Of a DNA stretch of 64,000 nt, positions 45,631 to 59,460 are shown piece by piece (position 1 is the stretch's first letter; each line of letters begins with the position of its first letter). The position numbers were made by a program, and so were the translations under genes. The notes beneath the pieces are model-generated. The model was not told where the DNA came from, did no database searches, and saw only the letters and a list, made by a program, of their open reading frames with translations. Source of the stretch: Mustelus asterias (Eukaryota); the NCBI RefSeq assembly GCF_964213995.1, contig NC_135810.1:118916001-118980000 (forward strand), given 5' to 3'.

Positions 45631-47401
45631 TTTTCCTTTTCAGGTAACAGTCTAGTTCCCTCCTGAATGCCATGATTGAGTCAGTTTCCACCACACTCCC
45701 AGGTAGTGCATTCTAGATTCTAACCACAACCCTATGCCCTCTGGTCTTGATCCTTCTACCGATTGGGAACAGTTTCTCCCTATCTACACTTTCCAAACCC
45801 CTCGTGATTTTGGACACCTCGATCAAATCTCCTCTCAATTTTCTCTTCTCCGAGAACTTCTCCGATCTTCCTATGTATCTGGTGGAACTATTCTCCTGAA
45901 TCATTTCCAAACCCTCTAATGCTTTCACACCCTGCCCAGAACTAGATGCAATGCTCCAGATGAGGCCAAACCAGTGTTTTACCGATTTATCGTAACTTCC
46001 TTGTTTTTGTATTCTACACCTCTATTGCTAAAGCCCAGGATGCCTTATGCTATATTAATTGTGCAGTCAATCTGTTATCTTCAATGATATATGCACATGT
46101 ACACCCAGGTTCCTCTTGCACCCTCTTTTGAATTGTATCCTTTATTTTATATTGAAAAGATATTTCTTCGGGGGGTGGGGAGGGCAGAAGAAATTGACAA
46201 ATTATCACCAACTGTGTGACCTGAACCAGAGATTTAGAACCATAGAACCATTGCATCCCTACAGTGCAGAAAGAGGCTATCTGGCCCATCGAGTCTGCAC
46301 CGACTCTCCGAAAGAGCATCCCACCCAGGCTCTCCCCTGTGCCCTGTGTAATCCTGCACATTTACCATGGCCAATCCATCTAATCTGCACATTTTTATAC
46401 ACCAAGGGACAATTTACCGCGGCCAATCCACCTACCTGCATATCTTGAGACTGAGGAAACCAGATCACCCGGAGGAAACCCATGCAGACACGGGGAGAAC
46501 GTGCAGACTCCGCACAGTCACCCAAGGCCAGAATTGAACCCTGGTCCCTGACACTGAGGCAACAGTGCCAATCGCTGTGCCACCGAAAGGGTTTGCTGGA
46601 TCTAGTGGACTCAGGAAGCAGGACTACCACATGATGTCAGGAATGCTGAGAGTTTCAACAAAGGTTCTTGCATTTGGATGCTTCATGAGAAATGGGATCA
46701 GGAGTAGGCCACATGACCCATTGGGCCTGTTCCACCATTCAATTAGATCATAATTGATCTACTTCAAATCCCCTTATCCCTTGATGCCCAATAATCTATC
46801 GACTTTAGAGTTGAACATCATTAAATAATCCTGAGTGAAGAAATCTCTAATTTCAGTCCTAAATGTCTAACACCAATTTGATAAAGATGGTTGAAAACAG
46901 GTGTCAGACCTGCTACATGTGTAAATAGGACCTCAATATTAGGTTTTAGGCAGCCACAAAGGGTGCTTGAAAAATGGGCCAGGCCCAATATTGGGTTGGA
47001 TATCTGTCAGGCATTGTTTGGGAACCAGATGTTGGTTCCCAAATTGATCTTGTTGTGCCTGTTTTCTGACCAATTTATAGCCCTTAATCTTCATGGCAAA
47101 TGAGAATAAATTGGAATATTATGGTCATAATACAGTGGGTCCACCATAAAGCAAAGCAAACCTTTGTTCTCCACACAGTTTCACTTTGATTTGATATGAT
47201 GTCAGATCAGGACCCAAATCTAGATTCAGGTCACAGCCAGGTCAATAACTGCATCATTGGTGTGGAGACATTACGGTGTCAGTGGCCTTTGCAAAACTGC
47301 ACTATAAATATACAAGTACTTAAACAATGGAAAGTATTTAAATCAGCATCTTTCAGATAAGGAAATCTTTTGTTAAGTATTTGACTTTGAAAAGAACTTA
47401 C

Positions 47402-47554
47402 GATAAAGTCCTGCTTTGCAATCGTGATGTACAAATTGCTTTGAGATTTGTCCTGCGGGCAGATATCCAATTTCCCACTGAAAGGTGAAATAGTCATGGT
47501 CTGTCCAGTGGATAAGATTGGAAGTCTGTTTGTTAACCCACCATCAATCCAAGC
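47402..47554 (-). CDS. PNPLA4: PNPLA4 coding exon with catalytic DGG motif
   Basis: AWIDGGLTNRLPILSTGQTMTISPFSGKLDICPQDKSQSNLYITIAKQDFI; acceptor gtttttcgttag| and donor |gtaagt; phase 0-0. Confidence 0.96.
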
Positions 47555-48899
47555 CTAACGAAAAACAGCAAGGTTTTTGAATGAGTCCGTGTTTACGAGG
47601 TCAGAGAGAGTAAGGCAGAATTAATAAATCTTGTGTATGTACAATTACAAAACTGTTACCACATCTGATTTTGCTTTTAAAAATCACCCATCCTGTTCCA
47701 GTTGCCACTCTGAAATTCTTTATTTATGACACCAGTTTTTAAAGTATGGATGACATTAAGTGAATTTTACAGAGGCAACAAAAGATAGACTTGCATTTAC
47801 GCAGTGTCTTTCACGACCTCAGGACACCGCTAAGTGTTTTACAACGACTGAAGTATTCTTGAATTACATCAATGACAACAGTATTTTACTGGATGCCGCA
47901 ATGTAGAAACCAGTACACAGCAACCAACTTGTGTACAGTGGGATGATAGTCAGGGAAGCTATTTTTGTAATGTTGTCTGAGAGATAAATGTTTATCAGGG
48001 CACCACTGCTTTGCTTTAAAATAGTGTCCACCTACAAGGGAAGACTTCCGTTTAACTTCATCCGAATCTCCAACAGTGCTCACCTGATGAAGGAGCAGCG
48101 CTCCGAAAGTTCGTGATACCAAATAAACCTGTTGGACTTTAACCTGGTGTTGTGAGACTTCTTGCTGTCTCAGTATCGCACTGGAGTGTCTACCTGGATC
48201 TTTTGATCAGGGCTCTGGGGTGGGACTTCAACACAGAACCTTCCGACTCTGAAACAATAATGACCCGTAGCTGAGACATAGTAATAGGAAAGGCCAGTCT
48301 GGCAGCGGGGGGAGAAAATTTGCTGGAAAAGAACTGGAACCATTTTTCACATGTAGGACTGTCAAGATGGTGCTGGTGCAAGGTGAATTCTTGTGAGCTT
48401 TCCCCAGCATACCATCTTTTACTCCCGTTCTATGCTTTAAAAACTGTACTCTCACTCTTTTAAACTCTCTACACTCTAGTTATGGCTGTAACACAATATT
48501 CTACACCCTCTCCCTTTCTTCTATGTATGTTATGAACGGTATGTTTTGCCTGCATAGCGCGCAAGAAACAATACTTTTCACTGTATCATACATGTGACAA
48601 TAATAGATCCAATCAAATGTCTGGAATCCACCTGTGATGACTGTCTTTGCTCTGTCCATAGCATGGAAATGCGCTTAGGCAGACCCAAGAATTTCTCCCT
48701 ACATCAAATCTCCAGCTACTTTTCAAGGAATATGAGAAACGGGGCATTAATCCCTTGGACCTATTCTGTCATTAAATTAGATTATAGCTGATCTTAATCT
48801 CAATTTCATTTTCCCATCTTGACCCCATGTACATTGACACTCTTATCTTAGTTAACAAATGTCTCTCCACGTCAATGTCAAAAGCTTTAAATTCTCATA

Positions 48900-49270
48900 A
48901 AACTGGGGATGGGAGGGCGATTTGTTTCCACTCTGGTTTGATGGGTTCTGAGATAGCTGCCAAGTGCAATGAGTGATCTGCAGATCACGTGAGGTATGAA
49001 GAGTTGGGTAGCTGAGTTGTTTGGAGGTTTGTGCACTCTCGCCAATGGGATGCCTCGACTTCACCTCGACATGTTCCTGACATAGTCTCTGAATGTGTTT
49101 GGTGGCTTCCTGAATGCACCTTCTCCATTTTGGTCAGTCACAGGCGAGGATTCCCAGTAACTGGCGGGGATGTTTGACCTCTTCAGCGAGGACATCCCCC
49201 AAGTGTTTGTGCAGCAGAAACTCCTTTATCACTATTAATGTAATACTGTGCTCCACTGCAACCAGTGTGA
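48900..49270 (-). mobile_element. Probable degraded RTE-clade LINE 3' fragment
   Basis: Broken translation (WRRCIQEATKHIQ...) resembles RTE ORF ends; weak similarity, recognised from memory only. Confidence 0.35.
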
Positions 49271-52200
49271 TACTGTGCCCCTGGAAGGGTGCAAATCAAA
49301 CCTATCTGTTACTGTTTCTGCTCACTCCAGTCAGAAACTGCATGTGCAGATATTGCGCAGGTACGATCAGGCTGCTCTGTGATGCCAAGTATTCAAGCAA
49401 CATTCACTGTCCACTCTCATCACAGAATGGTTGCAACACAGGAGGCCATTCAGCCCGTCGTATCCGTTACAGCTCTCTGCAAGAACAACTCCCCTTGTCC
49501 CACTTCCTCGCCTTTGCCCTGTAACACTGCATAGTTTTGTCAGATAAAAAGACCCAATCCCTTTTGACTGCTTCGATGGAACCTGCCTTCACCACACTCT
49601 CAGGCAGTGCATTCCAGATCCTACCAACTCACTTTGTAAAAAATAGTTTCTTTATGCCTTCATTGCTTCTTTACCTTAACTCAATGTCCATTGATTCTTG
49701 ATCCTCCCCGCCAGGTTCTCCCTCTCTGTTCTGTCCCATCCCCTCATAATTTTGAATACCTCTATCAAATCTCCTGTCAACCTTATCTTCTCAGAAGAGA
49801 ACAGCACCAAATTCTCCAGTCTATCTCAGTAACTGAAGTTGCTTATTCCCGGAGTCGTTCGCCCGAATCTTTTCTGCACCCTCTCTGATGCCGTCACATC
49901 CTTCTCAAAGTGTACAAGTTCAGCAAAACCTTTTTGCTCTTGTACTTTATGCCCATATTAATAAAGCCCAGGATGCTGTATGCTTTATTAACTTCTCTCC
50001 ATCAGTCCTGCTACCTTTCATGATCTCTGCACAAATACACACAGGTCCCTCTGCTCCTGCACCCCGTTAAGAATTGTATCCCTTATTTTATATAGTCTGT
50101 CCATGTTCTTCCTATCAAGACGCTCCACTCCACCACATTGAACTTCATCTGCCATCTTTTCGCCCACCCCGCCAACTTGTCTATGTCCTTTTGAAGTTCT
50201 AGTAATTGACTCTTCCACCCTGGGAAAAAGCTACTGACTATTATAGGAAAGATGTGGAAGTGTTGGAAAGGGTGCAGAGGAGATTTACCAGGATGTTGCC
50301 TGGTATGGTGAGAAGATCATATGAGGAAAGGCTGAGGGACTTGAGGTTGTTTTCGTTAGAGAGAAGAAGGTTAAGAGGTGACTTAATAGAGGCATACAAG
50401 ATGATCAGAGGATTAGATAGAGCAGATAGTGAGAGCCTTTTTCCTCAGATGGTGATGGCTAACATGAGGGAACCTAGCTTTAAATTGAGGGGTGATAGAT
50501 ATAGGACAGATGTCAGAGGTAGGTTCTTTACTCAGAAAGTAGTAAGGGCATGGAATGCCATGCCTGCAGCAGTAGTAGACTCGTCAACATTAAGAGCATT
50601 CAAATGGTTATTGGATAAACATATGGATGATATTGGAATAGTGTAGATTAGAGGGGCTTTAGATTGGTTTCACTGGTCGGCGCAACATCGAGGGCCGAAG
50701 GGCCTGTACTGCGCTGTAATGTTCTATGTTCTATCTATCCAATTGCACAGTTAAATTGTACAGCAAAAGTAGCTGAAGGCAGCAACTCACAAAGCTTCCT
50801 GAAGGATATTTTTGTTGGTGTGGCTTACTGGGTTTCAATCACACTTTATAATCTATATTAATAATATTCCACCACACACTCATTCCAGAAAAATGGTTTA
50901 CTTTCCAATAGAGAATACTGACGTCAGTGTGAATAAGCTTTGGGTGCCAAGTGAAGAAAGTAAATAGTTACTTTGTGCTCCATATCTGAAGTTGATGATT
51001 ACTAATCCAAAACCTAGGATTTGGCGAAGGTTCATGACTTGGGAACAATTACTGATTCTAGGCTTAATTCTATTTCTTCATTCAGTTGATTTCTTCTTTC
51101 TCCCTTTACATTTCATGTTGCATGCTCTGCACCAATGATTTATGAAGTTTACCATATCAAGAGCTCAGATCGGTAACCAAGACCATATAATTCCAGTTCC
51201 ACAACACTGCCTGCTTATACCTCTACCTTGCCTCATCATTCTTTCATTGCTCTCCAAGAGAGAATTCACAAATATGCTCCTTAATTGCCTCACTGGTTCT
51301 GCTTTTCAGATATTTCAGCTCCAAGTATCCTCTTGCCAAGCACCACCAGTTTCCCGTCTCTCCACAATTTAACTGCAAAATCCTTGTCCTCTTCCATTAC
51401 CTTCCCACCTAACCCACAAACCTCTCCAGCCACGTGTCAAATTTCATCTGATTCCTCTCCTGTAAAGCAGCTTGGGACGTTAGACCGCGTTAAAGAGGAT
51501 ACTTCAATGCAAGTCGTTGTGTAGAGATCTTGGATTGGTTTTCCCACGAGCAATGTACGAGCGCTGGCTCCACACCTGCTGCATCGTTTGGAGTTCAAAG
51601 GTAGCCTTCTCCACGGCGACACATTCAACGTGCTGCACGCACATTTCCACCACCCCAGCTGATGCTCGAGAACCCTGTTGTGCCTCCATCTGCTCGCTCG
51701 CCGTCAGAGGCAAGAATTACCTGCTGATGGCATAGCGGATCTGACACAGCTCCTATCACAAAAACCACAGCTCCAGAGCGGAGCGATGACGGCAACATAA
51801 CCATGCAGTCACATTGTGACCCGCATATTATATTCCTGCCACGCGGTTTCTTTTCGGTGCAACAATGGACATTTCGCAAAGATATTCTTGAGTGTTTGAA
51901 GCATTTAATTGAGGTGGGGGGGTGGGGGGGGGTAGTGTTGCTGGTTGTTGTGCTGCTCTGCTAGTTGGCTCAGACTTGTAGGAGTACGATTTATAAGTTT
52001 AAGGTGCGAGGAGCAGACTTAAAGGAGATGTACGAGGCAGGTTTTTTCTTTACACAGAGGGTGGTGGGTGCCTCGAACTCGCTGCCGGGGGAGGTAGTGG
52101 AAGCAGATACGATAGTGGCTTTTAAGGGGCCGTCTGGACAAATACATGAATAGGATGGGAATGGAAGGATATGGTCCCCGGAAGAGTAGGGGGTTTTAGT

Positions 52201-55084
52201 TCAGTCGGGCAGCATGGTCGGTGCAGGCTTGGAGGGCCGAAGGGCCTGTTCCTGTGCTGTAATTTTCTTTGTTCTTTCTTTGTTCTTACAACCAACCAAG
52301 CAATGAAACAATGATCGTGGGGGGGGGGGGCAATAATGCAAACATATGTGTAGTGCCCAGTTCATGACCAACAGAGATCACATAAACTAGAGAAAATGAA
52401 TTGGAAGAAAAAGTAGTGATCAGTTCCTTCTTTTAGGGTTTGATAGTGCAATCAAGGAGAAATTGTTTCCACTCGCAGGATGGTCAGTAACTAGAGGTCA
52501 CAGATTTAAGGTAATTAGCTAAAGAACCAGAAGTAGGATAAGGTGAAATGTTTTATATGAGTTATTATCTGGAATAAGAACGTAAGAAATAGGAGCAAGA
52601 GTAAGCCATTTGCTCCCTCAACCAAAATAAGGTCACAGTTGTCTGAAAGAGTGGCAGAAGCAGCTTAAATAGTAATTTTCAAAAGAGAATTTAAGTATTA
52701 GTCACTGCAATGGAAGTAACTGTGAAAATCCCCTAGTTACCACACTCTGGCGCCTGTTCGGGTTACACTGAGGGAGAATTTAGCATGGCCAATGCACCCT
52801 AACCAGCATATCTTTCGGACTGTGCGTGGAAACTGGAGCACCCGGAGGAAACCCACGCAGACACGGGGAGAACGTGCAGACTCCACACAGACAGTGACCC
52901 AAGCCAGGAATCGAACCCGGGTCCCTCTGCTCTGAGGCAGCAGCAGTGCTAACCACTGTGCCACTGCGAATTTGTATAAATACTTTTTAAAATCTGTAAA
53001 GACCATGGAATAAAGATGTAAAGCAGCACTAATTTCAAAGAAAAAGAAAATGACTTGCAAGTGCTTTTCACGAACACCGACTGTCTCTCGACGTTTTACA
53101 GCCAATGAAGAAACTCTGAAGTGTTGTTGAACATAGGAAACACGGCAGCCAATCTGCACACAGCAAGGTCCCACAAATAGCAATGTGGCAGCGGGTTCAA
53201 GGTATTGAAATGTAAGATGAGGGTAGCGTTGTTTAAAACAGTGTTCCATTAGTTGACACAGGCATTAAGGAGTAATAGCAATCAGCATACTGGGGCTGAC
53301 ACTCCAGTGAAGTACTGAGGAAATGCTAGACTGTCAGAGGTGGTGGCTCCCTGCACTGTTCCAAAGAGAGGCGTCGCTCATTCTCTTGCAACACTACCTC
53401 TCCTTGAGAAAGTGTGTTATGTCGCCCCGAAAATCCTGGCACACTGCACAAACACGGGAACAGTCAACCGGGCAATATAATGGACGATCCCAAGGTTCAA
53501 ACCTGATCGAAAGTCAAGGATTTCAGGAGAGGAAAAGGGGCGGGAAGATGGGTAGAGAATTTAACGGGGTGGTGGGGAAGCAAGTTACAACGTAAGAAAG
53601 GTACAAGATTTCAAGTTCTCCTTGTTCAGAAGCTGTAATCAACTGGGTCAACATCAATGCAATGGAACTCGTGTTTTTACCTCATGTTGCTTCTAATCTC
53701 AGCCATGCACAGTATGGGGCCAGCAACTTAACTTGGGCAGGGTGGCAACGAGAGAGGAGGAAGTCATCCCGAGTAGATACTTTTATGCACAATTCTGAAA
53801 TGCCTGGGAGCATGGTGGAGGCGGGTTGCCTCACATCCTTCAAAACATATTTGGATGAGCGCTTGGCACATCATAACATTCAAAGCTATGGGCCAGCTGC
53901 TGGTAAATGGGATTAGTTGGGAGTTCAGGTTTTCTCACATGCTGGTGTAGACTTGAAGGGCTTCTGTGCTGTATGATTCATTGATTTTATAAATTATGCT
54001 GGGCGATAAGAGGAAGCAGGTTAAGACTTCTATCAAAATATCAGATAGAGGAATCCGCTCAGAAGAAGGAATATTTTTGTTACTAGTAAATTGCACAGTG
54101 TGATTTTGGTCTGGAACTTCAGCTTTCCAACAAACAGCCATTCTTAGGAGAGCTTCCCCATTTTATATTTTGGCAGCCTCTACAAGACTTCATCAACCTG
54201 CTTCTTGCCTCAATTTATTCAACTCTTGCTCTAAGCTGCTGCACTTCTGCCCTCAAGTGTCCATTTCTATACTGCTGCTGTCAGTTTGCAGCAGACAAAG
54301 GTTAAGATAAAGGGGGGAGGCAATGGCCTAGTGGTATTGTCACTAGGCTATTAATCCAGAAACTCAGCTAACGTTCTGGGACCCAGGTACGAATCCCGCC
54401 ACGGCCGATGGTGGAATTTGAATTCAATAAAACATTTCTGGAATTAAGAATCTACTGATGACCATGAAACCATTGCCGATTGTCAAAAAAACCCATCTGG
54501 TTCACCAATGCCCTTGAGGGAAGGAAATCTGCCATCCTTACCTGGTCTGGCCTATACGTGACTCCAGAGTCACAGCAATGTGGTTGACTCTTAACTACCC
54601 TCTGAAGGGGATTTTCACAGTTACTTCATTGCAGTGTTAATGTAAGCCTACTTGTCACACTAATAAATGAATGAATGAAATGGCATAGCAAGCCACTCAG
54701 TTCAAGGGCAATTAGGGATGGGTAATAAATGCTGGCCCAGCCAGTGATGCCCACATCCCATGAATGAATTAAGAAAAAATTCACGTCCTCACATCCAGTG
54801 ATTCAGTGGTAGCGACCCTACCTCTGGACCAGAAGGTGCGGGTTCAGGTCCAGCATCAGGACTTGCTGGCCATAGAAGGAGCGTTCATAACACGGTTCAA
54901 TGGACTGATAATCAGCTGGGGAATCCTTCCCCCCAACTTCCCCACAGGAATAAAAAAGTGTGAAGTTATGCTTAAAAAGAAATGTAATTGATGTGTAATT
55001 TACACATGAAATTCCAGATGAAATTTCTACAGAAAATGCACATAACAAATCAAAGCTATTATGTAGAAACTAACTTATACTTAC

Positions 55085-55150
55085 TTCTCCTTTATATTCC
55101 ACTGCCTTGATCCCAGCATAAAATGGCACAAAGCTACTGGCGAGAAGAAC
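55085..55150 (-). CDS. PNPLA4: PNPLA4 coding exon
   Basis: VLLASSFVPFYAGIKAVEYKGE; acceptor ttctcatcag| and donor |gtaagt; 66 nt, phase 0-0. Confidence 0.96.
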
Positions 55151-56249
55151 CTGATGAGAAATAGAAAGTGTCAGCTTTCAAAGATAAAGCTACCAAGATA
55201 ACATTTTTCTGCTTGCAAATGACTTAATGTGAATCCCTGCATGGTACTGACAAAGACAAAGAATCCCCCAGTTTGTGCTGAGGCATTTGTGGGAGCTTGC
55301 TGTGTACAAATTAGCTTCCGCGATTCTGACATTACAGTGAGTACACTTTGAAAAGTGCTTCGCAAGCTGTGACTGACGTCCTGAGCTAGTAAAAGGCACT
55401 TTTTTTTAAAGACCCCACAAAGTTTTATCTCTGGGGTTGCCCTGGCGAATAGTCTTTGGTTCCCAGAGATTCCAGTGGAACACTGGAGTATAGGCTAATC
55501 CTAGGTGGATCCGCTGATGGATGACGTAGCCCAAAACAAGACATCCACAGATTTCGGATGCACAGGGCCAGGTAGGGCTATGATTCGTCAGCTGCCTGTC
55601 TATCTTTTCTGCAACTGGTGGTGGACCCACTGTGTCGTTTCTTACGCCAATCTGCTAATCCATCCCACTGGTTGCCACAGCCCCCCAGCACCAAGCCATG
55701 CAATCGTGTTTCATGGAGTGGTACAAGGCAATTGAGGGAAATTGTTACAAGAGATGGCACTCTCAGTACATAGCTTCTCCTGCCAAGTATCACAAGTTCA
55801 AGCCTGGGCTCAGTGGGATTTAACGTCTATTAATACTAATGGAAAAAAGTCACGTAAGAGCATTTCAGTAATAACCCTTTGTCACCCATTGAATCCGTTC
55901 CCAAGCAGCACAGCTATAACATTGGCATCTATCCAACTATATGGGGTGGCACAGTGGTTAGCACTGCTGCCTCACAGTGCCAGGGACCCGGTTCGATTCC
56001 CAGCTTGGGTCACTGTCTGCGTGGAATTTGCATGTTCTCCCCATGACTGTGTCGGTTTCCTCCGGGTGCTCCGGTTTCCTCCCACAGTCCAAAGATGTGT
56101 GGGTTAGGTGCATTGGCCATGCTAAATTGCCCCTTAATGTCAGGGGGACTAATGCATGGGGTTATGGGGATAAGGCCTGGGTGGGACTGTGGTCAGTGCA
56201 GACCCGATGGGCCAAATGGCCTCCTTCTGTACTGTAGGATTCGATGTTC

Positions 56250-57600
56250 GAAATATGGAAAATTGCCCAGGTATCTCCAGCACACAAGAAGCAGGACAAA
56301 TCCAACCCAGTCAATTAATGCCCCATCAGTCTGCTTTTGATCATCAATAAAGTGATGGAAGGGGTCATCAATAGTGCTATCAAGCAGCAATCGCATTGCA
56401 ATAATCTGCTGACTGACCCCAGCACTACTCACTTCCTGACCTCATTGGTGAATATATGGACAAAAGAGCTAAACTCAAGAATGAGGTGAGAATGACTGCC
56501 TTTGACATCAAGGCAGCATTGGACCGCGTGTGGCATCAAAGAACCCTAACAAAACTGGAGTTAAAGGGAATCAGGGGAAAGTTCCCCACTGTTTGGAGTT
56601 ATATCTAGCCATTGGAGGTCAACCTTCTCAGCCCCTGGAGTTTCTCAGAGTAGTTTCCTAGGCCCAACCACCTTCAGCTATTTCATCAATGGCCTTTCTT
56701 CATCATCTTCTTCAAGATCAGAAATGGGGATATTCACAGATGAATCCACAATGTTCAGTGCCATTCACAATTATTCAGATACAGAAACAGTCCAGGTCCA
56801 AATGTAACGAAACCTGGATAATATCCAATCTTAGGCTGATAAATGGTAAGTAACATTCGCGCCACACAAATGCCAGGCAACGACCAACTCCAACAAGGGA
56901 GAATATAACCTTGACATTCAATGGCATTACCATTTATTAATCCCCCACTATCAACATCTTTGGGATTACCATTGACCAAAAACTGAACTGGACTAGCCAT
57001 ATAAACACAGTGTCTACAAGTGCAGACCAGAAGCTAGGAATTCTGTGGCAAGTATTCATCACCTGATTCCCCAAAGCTTGTTCACCATCTACAAGGCAGG
57101 AGTGCGATGCAATACTGTCCACTTGCCTGGATGAGTGCAGCTCCAACAATACCCAAGAAGCTTGATACCATCCAGAACAATGCAACCCACTTGATTGGCA
57201 CCACATCCACAAACTTTCACTCCCTCCACCGCCAACACACAGTAGTAGCAGTGTGTATGAACTACAACAAGCACTGCAGGAACTCACCAAGGTTCCTTAG
57301 ACAACACTTTCCAAACACAAGACTGCTACCATCTAGAAGGGCAAGGGCAGCAGATACATGGGAACACCACCACCTGCAAGTTCCCCCACAGCTACCCACC
57401 ATCCTGACTTGGAAATATAGCGGCCGGTCCTTCACTGCCCCAGGGTCAAAATCTTGGAACTCCCTCCCTAATAGTACTGTGGGTGTATCTACAGCAGTTC
57501 AAAAAGGCAATTCACCACCACCTTCTCAAGGGCAATTAGGGATGGGTAATAAATGGTGGCCTAGCCTGCAAAGCCCACATCCCGTGAATGAATGCATTAA
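56250..57600 (+). mobile_element. Degraded CR1/L2-group LINE (RT plus 3' end)
   Basis: Broken RT motifs (WKIAQV..HKKQDKSNP, FDIKAA.DRVWH); the 3' end AAGGGCAATTAGGGATGGG.AATAAATG...GAATGAAT is shared with SINE family B. Confidence 0.75.
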
Positions 57601-59158
57601 AAAATTTATATCCCTGTAAGGAGTGATTGCTTTCGGCTGACCAGAAAGACGTGGTAAAGTAAGGGGAATATTTTCACTTAAAAAATATACGGGCCAAGAG
57701 TTTTTATTGATAACTTTTTTTAATACTCAGATTTTTATCGCCTGGTCATTTCAATATGTGAGAAAAATATTGAGAGCAGTTTGCATACTATATTCTCGAG
57801 ATCTAATCTGCAATGTCACAAGTAAATCTAAATGAAAACAGTTTGCGAGAACAAAATATGACATTTATAAGAATTTGTTGATATTAAGGGAAAACCAATG
57901 GCAATAAATCACAATGCAGTGCAATCATAAAACACCAATGCCCTGGACAATAAGCTACGATAAGATCAGGATCAGCTTTATAATAAAATTTCCTGTGTCT
58001 GTCCTGATCATCGTCAATATCATGACCTTCCTGTCTGCCATTTTTCTTCCTCCTCATTAAAAGTTGTGTCCCATCACTTTTACCAACACCTTCTCTCTCC
58101 TCCCTTCTGCAAGCAACAGAGTGTATCCTGCTGGGGGCTCTGAATGCAGAAACATAGAAACTAGAAGCAGGAGTAGGCTACTTGGCCCTTCGAGTCTGCT
58201 TTACCATTCATTTTGATCATGGCTGATCATCAAATTCAATATCCCGATCCCCCCTTTCTCCTGTATCTTTTGATCCCTTTAGCCCCAAGAACCACATGTA
58301 ATTTCTTCTTGAAATCCAACAACATTTTGGCCTCAACTACATTCTGTGGTGGTGAATTCCACAGATTCACCACCCTCTGGGTGAAGACATTTCTCCTCAT
58401 CTCAGATCTAAAAGGTTTACCCCTTATCCTCAAACTATGACCCCTAGTTCACGGTGGCACAGTAGTTAGCACTGCTGCCTCACAGCGCCAGGGACCCAGG
58501 TTCAATTCCCAGCTTAGGTCACTGTCTGTGTGGAGTCTGCACATTCTCTCTGGGTGGGTTTCCTCTGGGCGCTCCAGTTTCTTCCCAGAGTCCAAAGATG
58601 TGCTGGTTAGGTGTATTGGCCATGCTAAGTTCTCCCTTAGTGTACCTAAGAGTGTGGCAACTAGGACTTGTGACTAATAAATAAACTTTACTTTTACTTT
58701 ACTTAGTTCTGGATTCCCCAAACGTTGGGAACATTCTTTCTAAATCCACGCTGTTAGAATTTTATAAGTTTCTATGAGATCCCCTCTCACTCTGCTAAAC
58801 TCCAGTGAATATAATCCTAACTAACTTAGTCTCTCCTCATATGACAGACCCGCCATCCCAGGAATCAGCATGGTAAACCTTCACTGTGCTCCCTCTATAG
58901 CAAGGGCATCCTTCCTCAGATAAGGCCACCAAAACTGCACACAATACTCCAGGTGCGGCCTCATCAATGCCCTATACAATTGCAGCAAAAGATATCCTGG
59001 ATATCTGGTGTACCTCTGTTCCCCCAGCAAGGTACATCCACGGCATACATCCCCTACCCACCACCACCATCACCATCCCAAAAACAATAAGATAAAACTT
59101 TGTATAAAATTGGCATTGGCTCGCACCTAACTTGAGTATTGCTGAAAAAAAAGACATG

Positions 59159-59193
59159 CTGTTGAAGCTTTTCATATTGCACTCATCAGGACA
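59159..59193 (-). ncRNA. Degenerate minimal hammerhead motif (family C)
   Basis: Reverse strand reads UGUC-CUGAUGA-GUG-CAA-UAU-GAAA-AGCU-UC-AACA, with palindromic AAGCUU at stem III. Confidence 0.45.
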
Positions 59194-59460
59194 AGCAAGA
59201 ATGCCAAATTTCAAATGGAGCAGTAATTACACCAACGACCAATTTAAGATTACCAGTTGAGCTCGCAATCTGTTTCACTTAAGACTTGTTAGAAGCTACA
59301 TATATTCATATTCAGTGACCTGCCCTCTGCAAGCAAAAGGAACATGTCCAGGCATTGCACCTTTTTTTAATTGAACAAAAGCATGGGGGGAGGCAGGGCT
59401 CAAATCCACTCTGGCCACAGGAGAGGTGCCAGGGGGCTGGAGGAAAAAGTCAGGCAATTA

